Part shown: positions 11,121 to 22,335 of the stretch, piece by piece
Layout of the letters: every line of letters starts with the position of its first letter
How positions within the stretch are numbered: the first letter of the stretch is position 1
Notes under the pieces: model-generated
Database searches by the model: none
What the model saw: only the letters and a program-made list of their open reading frames with translations
What the model was told of the DNA's origin: nothing
Source: Plasmodiophora brassicae
Taxonomy: Eukaryota
NCBI GenBank assembly: GCA_036867785.1
Contig: CP145416.1
Span: forward strand, 620,001-684,000
DNA: 64,000 nucleotides
Direction: 5' to 3'
Translations under genes and position numbers: made by a program

Positions 11121-13077
11121 TTACGTCATTGACAGTGTCCGGACCTCTATCGAATGGTCATCCGACACAAACGCGCCGATCCTCGATGCCGGGGACCAGT
11201 CAACGCGGCACAGGGTCCCCCTGCTGCTATTTGGAATTTCTGCAACGACGTTGCCGGTATCCCACTCGTAGACCGCTGCATGCTTCGCTTGTCTGGTGAC
11301 GCAGACCTGTTTGCCGGCCTCGTCGGCAGCGAAATCCAGGTCTCGATGATGCGCGTCGTCAACCTTGATTTGCCGAACGACCTGGGCAATGCGGTGCAGG
11401 TTCCATTCGACAACGGTGGCGTCCGAGGCGCACGAGATGACACTGGTTTCTCCAGCCCCGAACGCGACTGTGTGAACAGTGCCTGCATGTGCCTGCCAAG
11501 CCATAATCACGCCAGTGGATGCAACGTCCAGGATGCGGACGAACCCGTCTGTAATGCAGGTCAGCAACATGCGGAAAGCGGGTCGTATCTTCGTCGTACC
11601 GGTAGAGCCCACTGCACACAGAGAACCGTTGTGGTTAAACGCAGTGCATGTTGCCGGTCGTAGTTCAGGGTCCAACGCGAACGCCTGGATGCACTTCCCA
11701 GTTTTGGTTGACCAGAGCTGGAGCTTGCCGTGCGTTCGCGAAGGGTTCGAGCACGACGCAAGAAACGTGGAGTCGGACGGCGATGAGCACAGGGCAATGA
11801 CGTTGTTGAGATCGTTGTCGCCAACAAGCATCTCAGAGAGCACGCGTTTGTTCTCAACGTTCCAAACTTTGACGCGGCCGTTGGCATTACCGTAGAGGAG
11901 AATGTGGTGCGACCGAACATCCCATTCGACAGATAAACAAGGGGACATGTCGAAAACGGGTGTCGAAGCTCCATCGTCGTCCCAGACACGTACAGTCCCA
12001 TCCAGCGACGACGAGGCAATTAGGTCGCCATCGTTGGAGAATCGACACGAAGTGACGCTAGCGGAGTGCCCAAGTAGGCGTCGAAGCAGTGGCTGAGTAG
12101 ATTCGGGCGAGGAGAGACCCAACGTCTCAGACGAAGGACGGTCGCCCTCGTCAGGTTTGTCGTCTACACCTACCAGGCTGAGACAGTGCCTCAATTCAAG
12201 GTGAGCGCAGGCGCACATACCCGACTGAAGATTGGGCATCGATCCGTGACGAAGTATAACGTTGCTTCCAGTGAGCTTTTCCATCAGGTTCCGATTCTCG
12301 TTCCGCAGCGACGCAATCTCGGCCGCCTGGGCCTGCGTTTTCAGTCTTTCAACGTGGAGCCTGGCACATGTTCAACGTTGTATGTTGGCCAGTGCGGGTG
12401 CCGCCCTTACTGAAGCAGGGACGGCAGGGGGACCGTATCGAGAACGGTCGCCAAGAAGTTGTTCAGGGCCGTAAAGGTTGCTCCGCGCCAGGCGCGCGTA
12501 AAGAACGGGCTCAGACGAGGGTGCGCCATGGGATGCGTTATGTACGGCAAGGCGAGCCAGTCTGCCCATCCGTAGGACCGGTCGGAGAGCTCCGACGGAT
12601 TCTCAGCGAAGATGCGTTCGAGTAGGCCGGGCAGCTTCTGCCTCTCGCGACCGTTCACGACATCCTTTGCCAGGGGTGGAGATTCAGCAAGAAGCGAGCA
12701 GCATTGGGATTGTGGCGTAAGGATTACCACAATCATACAGCGCTGGAGCGATCTGAGCATCTGCCTGCCGGTCGCGTAGATGAACTCGCGCTGGGGCATC
12801 CGAGCGAAGAACCGCGTCTCAAGTATAGCCCAGAGACGCAGGAGCCCTTGAATATCACCATCCTTGCACATCGTCTTGACGGTTTTCACGATCGGCCCTG
12901 TCATCTGCCATCGATAAGATATTCAACACCGCCGCCTCGCCCGGCTCACTGACCGGCCTCAATCATGGGCGCCACCTCGGCGTCGACCTGCCTCGACATC
13001 GCCTCGTACGCGTCGGTGAAGCCGCGAAACAGCAGGTACTCTTTGACAAGCTCATCGACAAAGGGCACACCGTCCAT
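11121..13077 (-). CDS. WDR91: WD repeat-containing protein 91 (WDR91/SORF-1)
   Basis: N-terminal [49 protein letters not shown], a coiled coil, then C-terminal WD40 repeats. Confidence 0.88.
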
Positions 13078-13162
13078 GGGTGTGCCGCGCTGTCGCCAAT
13101 CGTGACACGGCCGCCCGCAGGGCCACGCACTGTCCCGACGACGATCGCACAACCACCGCGTG

Positions 13163-14769
13163 ATGATGATGATGTGCGACCCTTTCAGTCAATGCCCGAT
13201 TGTTATTATTCCTGAGGCAGCAGAGCAGCGTGGCAGGGAGCGCTCGCAGGGCGACCGACGACGTTTCGACCACCATCCCGAGCGACGATCGAAAGAACAG
13301 ATTCGGGACCGGTTGCGGGTTGCGACGCACAGAGCGGGGTCCTCACAGCGTCATGCCATTGAACTGAGGCACCTTTGATCGCGGCCAGTCAGGCATCGCG
13401 TCGGCGCGAGACTGACATGCTTCCCTGATCAGGGCAGTCGTGAAGGACGCTATCGGGAGTTCTATCGCTACAGCCGGTACCAGGGTTGGCGCACGTGGTC
13501 AGCTGATAGCATTCCTACAAGCAACACGAAACAGGATGAGTGGTCGAAGATATTCCTGAGCGGTACCGAATCGATACACGTCGGCCTGTGATGCCGGGCG
13601 TACGACAGATGGTGCTGGGGCACGGCCGCCCACAGAGCGCGGACATGGCAGTGTCCTCGCCATTGACGTTCGACTGCGGTTTGGACCTGAGCATTGCCAA
13701 GCAATGGGACCACGAAGTCAGCATCGTCGACGCGGACATTCAGCTGGATTTCGACTGGTCGCTGGACTCCCGAGTCTGGAACGACCCGCAGCTCCTCGTC
13801 ACCTACCTGAAGGAGACATGCGACCGCATCAGCCATTGCAAAGGTCGCCCCCGTCTGATTGTTCTGCCCCGGAGCCATTGCGCTGAATGCTGCATGGCAG
13901 GCGCGGAAGTCGCTCGACGACTGCACTGCATTCGCCGGTGGGCACAATCTCATCGACTGTCCAACGATGACATCACCTTGCTGATCCGGTTTGTGATCGT
14001 CCCTTCCTCGCCGGACGTCCAAACGCCCGCCGTGTTTGATCGCATCCCATCCGACCTCATCGCGGCCTTCGTCTGCTCCCTGCTGCCTAGACCTGAACTC
14101 ATCATCTGGATCGAGCGGTACGTCAAATGGCAGTGTTGGCCGGCCGCCTTCTGTGTGCTCATTGTAGCCCTACACAGGCATTCCTGTCCTGATCCGAACT
14201 TCCTGAACGCGCTTCGCCGAAGAAACGCCCACGTGCGGATACCGCCTGTTGGGTACCAGGCACCGCCGATCCTCGCCGCCGATTGCGACATCGATCGAAT
14301 CGAGCGGCTGTGCTCGGCGCTGCACAACGCCTGGGAACAGAGCGCAACGGCGACTACGCGTCTGAACGCAATCGACCTCGTCCTGGCAGGCTCCTTCCCA
14401 GTTCGTCACCGTCGTTGCTCTCCAGCGTCAACGCCCCCGCCTGGTTCACCTCCCGATCTCGCCATCCTGTGCCGTCTGCAGAAGCAAATATCGCAGATGG
14501 ACGTGTTTCAGCACCCGGCGTTGTTCTACTGGATCGACGCCCTCAAGAAGCTCAAGACGAGGTTGCTCGACGACGCCATGGCCAGCAGCGAGCCGGCCGG
14601 CAAGGTCCGCGTGGATTACGTCAGCAGGTGGCTGGTCATCCATTCGCACATCAATATCCTGCGCATGATCGGCCTGAAGTACGCCTTCGCCTGTATGGTG
14701 ACTCGCGACCCGGACGCCACGAACAAGTTTCTCTGCGCCCTGCTGAACGACCGACTGCCGCCGATTTGA
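13163..14769 (+). CDS. Hypothetical protein (5' exons uncertain)
   Basis: 409-codon ORF 13540-14769 with coding-like composition and probable upstream exons from ~13163. No family recognised. Confidence 0.6.
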
Positions 14770-14811
14770 ATATGAAATGGCCCAAGCGTATGATGATACG
14801 GGGTGTGTAAG

Positions 14812-15625
14812 TCAAACTACAGTGACAATGTTGCTGGAACCGGCTGAGCCATTAACCGGCGAAGGTATTGGCGGCACCTGTTTCGTCGTTTCGTTACCAG
14901 TGCCATCGTCCTGCTTGGAATGGGATACGGGCGACGGTAACGGCGTCGTTGTTGTCGTCCGGTCGATGTGCGTTGGAGGGACGGCACCTTGCTGTTCAAC
15001 CGGTAGACGGGCGATGGCCATCTCCTCGAGGAACCCACGAGCAGGAAGTCGCCCGAGAGCCAGTAACTGCTGGATAAAGTCATTGTCTACCTGACGGCCT
15101 GCTTCGTATTGCTGTTTGAGAATTGGTCAGTGGCTGACGCGTTATAGGGAGCCTGCTGCGTACCTCTGAATATGATCGCATGACGATGCCTTCGACCTGC
15201 GACTGCATGCCGAGAAGCGAGCGAATCGTGAGGCGCGACACCTGCTCGTACTCGGTCCACTGGTCGTTGTCAGGGTGTACCCGGAAGCAATTGGTCTCCT
15301 CGACGACGGCGACCTGCCTGTACTCATCGTTCGTGATCTGGATACGCATGGTGCGGTCCTTGTAGTTGAGCGTGTTCGTCGTTCGGAACGTGCAGTGCGT
15401 GCATCCTGACAGGCGTTTTACCCAGGATGGGATCGGTAATTCGATCTTGCCGAGTACGATCCAGGTCAGTTCCTGGTTGGCGGCGTTATAATCGAACCCG
15501 TTGAACGTTGCCTCGACCAGGGCCGGGATCTTCGGGTGCGGTAACTGTCGGAAGCGTTCCTGGTAGGCCTGGATGACGACGTGCCAGGGTTCTTTGTAAG
15601 TGTGGACGAGACGCGCCTCTCTCAT
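14812..15625 (-). CDS. PRELI/MSF1-domain lipid transfer protein
   Basis: MREARLVHTYKEPWHVVIQAYQERF..PHPKIP, IPSWVKRLSG, NYKDRTMRI, EETNCFRVHPDNDQWTEYEQ. Confidence 0.85.
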
Positions 15626-16072
15626 AGAGGCGCTGTACGTGCCACGCCACACCAACGCTATTCGCTGTGATCCCCTAAACCAACGTGGCGCGTGCCTGGC
15701 CAACACGTGCAACACCCGGTTGCGTCACGAGCCGACTCGGCGTATCTCCTCAAGACCGGAAGCGCGGCACACTTACGATGACAACGCGTTCATGTTCGCG
15801 CCGCCACCGATCTCGATCTGCAGTCGTTTGGACAAGAATCAGTGGCGCGCGCGGGCACCGTCACTGGCTGTGGACGGGCATTCAAGGGCAGACAGTTGCA
15901 ACGTTACAGATAGCCCATAGCCGGCCAAACACTATACCGCCTCCTAGCACAAGAACGTCTTGCCCGTACCGTACTGACTCGGTACGTACAGAAACCTGCG
16001 CTGCGCGTTCCCCCATTTGTCGTCGCCCTGACGCGTCACCAGTGTGTCGCCGAGACGCCGAGGTCGTCACCG

Positions 16073-17141
16073 TGTTACGTCAGCCGAAGACCGAACGTCG
16101 TCAGTCGTGGTTTGCGAGCCGAGAGACGGGAGTGTCGTCTCAAGTCTGCCTCAGCGCACCCACGCGTCACCGCTGCCAGGTTGATCCTGCCTGAAAATGA
16201 AGAAGAGGAAAACCCGCGAAGACGACAAGTCGTTATCGTCGAAGATGATGGCGCAGTTGAGATGGAGGATTCAGACAGTGACGGCATTGCCGAAGACGTC
16301 ATCGGCAGCGATGAGGTCGACTTTGACCACCTTTTCGACGCTTGGAAAACTGGATTCGGCAATGTTACTGACGCCTCGGTTGACGAATACGGTTCCACGG
16401 GAATGGATGACGTTCGTAACGGTATGAATGCAATGGTGAACGTTATTCGTTTCTGGGAAACAATACTTAACCGGTAACCCTGAGATTGCAGAACGAGGTT
16501 CTTACGTTCTTCCGAAGTGGAACGACCCGAATGTCCCTACTGAAGAACATCTCTGGTGAACGTGCCAAGAAACCTCGCTGCTTCCATGGCGGAGGGCAAA
16601 CCTCTACAGGTTATTGTTGTTTTGTCTGCCGATGACGTGCCTGTCTATGTCTGCTCTGCACTGTCCAAGCAACCAAGTCGTCAATACCATCGCCAAACCC
16701 AGCTTTACAAGCGCCGATCGAAAAGGTGATCAAAGGCGACTTCATCGCTGCCGATTACGTCTTCGGAATGCCGTCACTGTCTGAATCCTTCAGATGCCCT
16801 CCACGATAATTGTTGCGACCCTGATCTTATCCGATGGGCCAAGCGGACGAACTTGACTCCGGACCCTGGATTCAACCTAGCGTCTTCGCAGTGGATACAT
16901 AGGTTATTGTACAAATTCTGATTCGCGTACTCACTCTCGCTCGTGACAATGAAGCTGAGCGGCACGTCGTCGACCGCTACCGGACGTTCGCGGTTTCGAG
17001 GCGTTGTTGGCAGAGATAGGCTGGCATTGATGTGGCAGCGGTGACGCGTGGGTGCGCTGAGGCAGACTTGAGACGATACTCTTGTCTCTCGGAGCGCGAA
17101 CCACGACTCACGATTGACGACGTTCGGGCTTCGCCTGTAAC
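16073..17141. mobile_element. Putative decayed DNA transposon with ~105-bp terminal inverted repeats
   Basis: 16073-16178 and 17033-17141 are imperfect reverse complements with the core TCGTCTCAAGTCTGCCTCAGCGCACCCACGCGTCACCGCTGCCA. The interior holds only broken ORFs. Confidence 0.55.
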
Positions 17142-17614
17142 AGCCGCCAACCTACCTGCCAGTGGGCAGTGCACGCCGGGCCCCCAGGGCGATTTTGTGT
17201 TGAAACGTCTAGTAGAGACCTAAGTTGGATCACACCAGCAGTACGTGGACCGTTGCATGGAAACTTTCTCGTGCAAAGTCGCCTCCTTGGGCCATACGAT
17301 GAAGGCTGTTAAGATGCTTTCGCCTGTCCTTGGCGGTCCGACCTTGGGTTCAAAACATCTTGACCGTTTTCATCGTATGGGTTCGAAGGATACCTCGCAT
17401 GGGTGAATTTTCATGCAGTGACTGATGCGGTCCAACAAAGTGGGGGATATAAATGAACCAGGGCAGAGGGGGCCAAGCTTGACAAAAGGATGCAATCGGC
17501 CACCACGGTGTCCGAACACCGACTCCGAGGTACCGTATCGATAGTCGATCCAGCGACGCAGTCGGAAGTCTGAACAGAGGTCATCATCGGTGACGGACAT
17601 TAGGTAGCGTCGGG

Positions 17615-18935
17615 ATGGCAACGGCGGAAGTGCAATTGGAGATGGTGAAGAATTACTATGGCAAGACGCTGTCGTCGTCGGATGACCTGAAGACGACGGC
17701 CTGCTGTACTGCGTCAGCGCCGCACCCGGCTATTCGGGAGGCGCTGCGCCACGTGCCTGACGAAGTCATCAGGAAGTATTACGGCTGTGGCTCGCCGACA
17801 CCCATGGGTATCGAAGGTTCGCATGGTCTGTATTGTCAAAGACGCTGCGTCTGATCTGTGACTTTCGGTCTGTCCATTCTTGATCTCGGCAGCGGCTCTG
17901 GCCGCGATTGCTACGTGGCCGCGTTCCTTGTCGGTAAAGAGGGATCCGTAATCGGTATCGATATGACCGAAGAGCAAATCGAGGTCGCACGGTCGAACAT
18001 TGCTGAATTCGCAGCCAATATCGTAGGGTTTCTGCGTGTGCGCCGTCTGCGTTCACTGACGTCGCTGCAGCAATACGCGCCCAACGTACGTTTCGCATTG
18101 GGCTTCATTGAAGATATTCGTGGTGCGGGCGTCGCTGATGAATCTATTGACATTGTCATTTCAAATTGTGTTGTCAACCTGTCACCTGCGAAGGACGCCG
18201 TCTTGAAAGGCAAGCGGCTGTGTTGCTGTTAGCGACAGACGCAGGCATATCCTCACATAGCGTTACAGGCGTCTACCAATGCCTCAAACCGGGTGGTGAA
18301 TTCTACTTCTCAGACGTATACTGTGATCGTCGCCTGCCGGACTCTGTTCGACGAGACGAGATCCTGCTTGGCGAATGCTTAGGTTCGTATTCTCCGGTGC
18401 CTGGCGGATGACGGGACTGGTTGTGAAATCATTTCCTTAGGCGGTGCGCTTTACGTCAATGATTTCATTCGACTTGCGAAGCAAGCTGGTTTCGCCGATC
18501 CTCGAGTCCTGTCCAAGGCGCCGATTAATGTCACGGATCCGGCCTTGAAAGAGAAGCTAGGACTGGCGAATTTCTATTCGATCACGTTTCGCTTGTTCAA
18601 GCTGGATAATCTCGAGACGCTCTGCGAGGATTACGGGCAGGTTCGTTGCAATTTGCTGCTAAACGGCATCGTGCCTATCTGAGGCAGGCTCTACGGGACA
18701 GATCGCCGTCTACAAGGGGACCATTCCAGGGCATACCCATTCGTACGCGTTGGACGATCATCATGTCCTCGAGAGCGGCAAACCACTCCTGGTCTGTGGC
18801 AACACTGCCAGTATGCTGAGCGAATCCTGGCTTGCGCCTCATTTCACTATCATGGGCGATCGCTCAACCCATTTCGGTATCTTCGAATGCGACGGGCCGT
18901 CTTCGAAGAGTCCAGGCCCAGGCACATGCTGCTGA
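17615..18935 (+). CDS. AS3MT: Arsenite S-adenosylmethionine methyltransferase, copy 1 (all four conserved Cys present)
   Basis: YYGKTLSSSDDLKTTACC, KYYGCGSP, ILDLGSGSGRDCY, DIVISNCVVNLSP, LKPGGEFYFSDVY, LLGECLG|GAL, LETLCEDYGQ, VCGNTASML. Confidence 0.95.
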
Positions 18936-19119
18936 ATCGTCTTAGTGGGAATGAAACTTTTTTTTCGCGTATTGCTCGTCGTCTTCTTTATCGCTTGAAG
19001 AAATGCCAAACGGCGCGCGCCTACATAGCGCTCATGGAAACACCCGATCCGAGCTCAAACGACGCGCCCCGCCGCTCACGGAGTCGGGGCCGGTCTTCCA
19101 AGATCCAGGACTGAACCAG

Positions 19120-19506
19120 GCCGGACCGGAAGGGGGACCGGACCGTCGGGACCGACAAGCGCTCCGGGAGGACCGGACCGGACCGTGCTACTAGCAAAAA
19201 AGACCGAACTGGGACCGGGACTGCAAATTTGGGACCGGACTGGACCGGACTGGACCGGACTGGACCGGACCGGACCGGACCGGACCGGACCGGACCGGAC
19301 CGGACCGAACCGGACCGGACCGAACCGAACCGGACTGGACCGGACCGGACCGGACCGAACCGGACTGGACCGGACCGGACCGGACCGGACTGGACTGGAC
19401 CGGACCGGACTGGACCGGACCGGACTGGACCGGACCGGACTGGACCGGACCGGACTGGACCGGACCGGACTGGACCGGACCGGACTGGACCGGACCGGAC
19501 CGGACT
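19120..19506. repeat. Pentanucleotide microsatellite (GGACC/GGACT/GAACC)n
   Basis: About 55 tandem pentamers at 19232-19506 with dispersed copies from ~19120. The RSGPV/DRTGP ORFs over it are artefacts. Confidence 0.95.
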
Positions 19507-19643
19507 GTGCCCACCCCTATCGACCGGGACTGTAAATCTGGACTGGACCCGAGGTATTGATCCCGCGACGCAGTCAATGCGATCCATTTCCAGGGGGACT
19601 GAACAGAGCTCATCGTCGGTGACGGACAGTAGGTAGCGTCGGG

Positions 19644-20967
19644 ATGGCAACGGCGGAAGTGCAACTGGAGATGGTGAAGAATTACTACGGCAAGACGCTG
19701 TCGTCGTCGGATGATCTGAAGACGACGGCCTGTTGTACTGCGGCAGCGCCGCACCCGGCTATTCGGGATGCGTTGCGCCACGTGCCTGACGAAGTCATCA
19801 GGAAGTATTACGGCTGTGGCTCGCCGACACCCATGGGTATCGAAGGTTCGCATGGTCTGGATTGTCAAAGACGCTGCGTCTGATCTGTGACTTTCGGTCT
19901 GTCCATTCTTGACCTCGGCAGCGGCTCTGGCCGCGATTGCTACGTGGCCGCGTTCCTTGTCGGTAAAGAGGGATCCGTAGTCGGTATCGATATGACCGAA
20001 GAGCAAATCGAGGTCGCACGCTCGAACATTGCTGAATTCGCAGCCAATATCGTAGGGTTCCTGCGTGTGCGTCGTCTGTGTTCACTGACGTCGCTGCAGC
20101 AATACGCGCCCAACTTACGTTTCGCATTGGGTTTCATTGAAGATATTCGTGATGCGGGCGTCGCTGACGAATCCATTGACATTGTCATTTCAAATTGTGT
20201 TGTCAACCTGTCACCTGCGAAGGACGCCGTCTTGAAAGGCAAGCGGCTGTGTTGCTGTTAGCGACAGACGCAGGCATATCCTCACATAGCGTTACAGGCG
20301 TCTACCAATGCCTCATACCGGGTGGTGAATTCTACTTCTCAGATCTATACTGTGATCGTCGCCTGCCGGACTCTGTTCGACGAGACGAGGTCCTTCTTGG
20401 CGAAGGCCTAGGTTCGCATTCTCCGGTTCCTGGCGGATGGCGGGACTGGTTGTGAAATCATTTCTTTAGGCGGCGCGCTTTACGTCAACGATTTCATTCG
20501 ACTTGCAAAGCAAGCTGGTTTCGCCGATCCTCGAGTCCTGTCCAAGACGCCGATTAACGTCACGGATCCGGCCTTGAAAGAGAAGCTAGGACTGGCGAAT
20601 TTCTACTCGATCACGTTTCGCTTGTTCAAACTGGATAATCTTGAGACGCTCTGCGAGGATTACGGGCAGGTTCGTTGCAATTTGCTGCTAAACGGCATCG
20701 TGCCTCTCTGATGCAGGCTCTACGGGACAGATCGCCATCTACAAGGGGACCATTCCTGGGCATACCCATTCGTACGCGTTGGACGATCATCATGTTCTCG
20801 AGAGCGGTAAACCACTCCTGGTCTGTGGCAACACTGCCAGTATGCTGAGCGAATCCTGGCTTGCGCCTCATTTCACTATCATGGGCGGTCGCTCAACCCA
20901 TTTCGGTACCTTCGAATGCGCCGGGCCGTCTCTGAAGAGTCCAGGCCGCCCAGGCACATGCTGCTGA
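19644..20967 (+). CDS. AS3MT: Arsenite methyltransferase, copy 2 (GECLG changed to GEGLG)
   Basis: Near-identical to copy 1, including the introns. TGC>GGC at 20405-20407; also LKPGGE>LIPGGE and SDVY>SDLY. Confidence 0.9.
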
Positions 20968-21020
20968 ATCGTCTTACTGGGAATGAAAACCCTTGTTCGT
21001 GTATTGCTCGCCATCTTCGT

Positions 21021-21751
21021 TTATCGCTTGAAGGTATCGGGGATGGTCGGCGACTTCATGCCGCGGTCGATGGCGTACATTCGCGCCAGGGAATTGTATC
21101 CGCGCATGTCGTTGTGCCTGATGAGGTTGCCTGCAGGCGGACAGTGTTCACACATTGCCCATGGCATGGCGCGCCCAGCCGACCGGCGTCACAATTCAGT
21201 GGGCTGTCGGCTTCGGGATTGGACAGCATGGCCGATATGGCTCGACAGGCGGACAGCAGCGTCCACACTGGCGACCATTCCGCTTTCAGTATATCCAGGC
21301 AAATCTCTCCGGTCTGGCACACACTCAATCTGGGTCCTCATGAGTGCCAATGTTCGCGGCTGACCTTGTAGTTGATGTTGGGGTGGAAGATCGGCGTCAC
21401 AAACTGTGTGCATGTAAGAACAGAGTGAGCGGCCGGAGAACCAAGTACACAGGAGAACCTTGATCTTCGGCGGCTCCACTGGATACGTTGACGTGGCCGT
21501 GAGGGCGAGTTCGAAGAAGACGCCTTCGTAAGGTGTACCCGGCGGGCCTGGCAGGAACGCACGCCATCGCTACCACGAGCGCGTCAGGCAGCCCGGCGAC
21601 CACACCCATATCGACGCATGCGGACCGTCAGGTCGTCGGTGTCCACAGGGAACAAGTAGATACGATCGTGGTCGTGCGAGTCGGTTGCCCGGGTCGACTG
21701 GACGACGTCCCGCAACTCCCTGGCCAGGCGCGCTGCTGACCTCATCGCCAT
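21021..21751 (-). CDS. PEX4: Ubiquitin-conjugating enzyme E2, PEX4/UBC21-like
   Basis: GPPGTPYEG, YPVEPPKIK|FVTPIFHPNINYK|TGEICLDILKAEWSPVWTLLSACRAI..PEADSPLNCDA|GNLIR; the PLNCDxGNL tail is PEX4-like. Confidence 0.8.
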
Positions 21752-21875
21752 CGTAGCGCGACGCGTCGAACACTGACCTGCTGCTGTGCCCTGCAGCCTG
21801 CAACCCGTCTCGTATCTCTCGTCGTCGCCTTGTGGCAGTGGTGCGACCGGGTTGTGTATTCGGTTGAGAGACGGT

Positions 21876-22262
21876 TCAGTGGGTGGACGTGGTTTTGGAT
21901 TGCTGTTTGACGACGAATCGGACACAGTGTGCAATGGCGGTAATGGCGACGCCGATCTGGGCAATGAGCAGGAACCCGCTGGCCATCGCCGTCGACGACG
22001 CGGGTGTGGCGTCCAGGACCCAGTGCAACGCCACCTCCAGATACGTGTGCCCGTGTGTGCCGAGGAACCCATGACGATGATGATGATAAGGTCGTCCATG
22101 GAGCCGTCGGTCGATGGCCAGGCCGGCTAGCACCCCTATCACGATCAGGCTGGACGCACCGACGGCGACGACCGCCAGCACCTGACTCTTCGTCACCGTC
22201 GGGCATCGGCGCTCGTCGGTTTGCGCCATATTTGGAGATTTGGGATCTGCATCGACCACCAT
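21876..22262 (-). CDS. Small hypothetical membrane protein (two hydrophobic segments, His-rich loop)
   Basis: 128-aa ORF: VLAVVAVGASSLIVIGVLAGLAI, loop HGRPYHHHRHGFLGTHGH, then GFLLIAQIGVAITAIAHCV. Confidence 0.5.
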   Translation of the reverse strand: MVVDADPKSPNMAQTDERRCPTVTKSQVLAVVAVGASSLIVIGVLAGLAIDRRLHGRPYHHHRHGFLGTHGHTYLEVALHWVLDATPASSTAMASGFLLIAQIGVAITAIAHCVRFVVKQQSKTTSTH

Positions 22263-22335
22263 CTTCCGACGTGACTCACGTGGCCATCGCTGTGACCTCC
22301 AGTATTCGCAGACGTCGTGTATTTCGCGCTAATGG

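Noticed and set aside
19021-20006. ORFs with RSGPV/DRTGP pentapeptide repeats
   Set aside because: They are translations of the GGACC microsatellite, open in several frames on both strands, and are not credible proteins.
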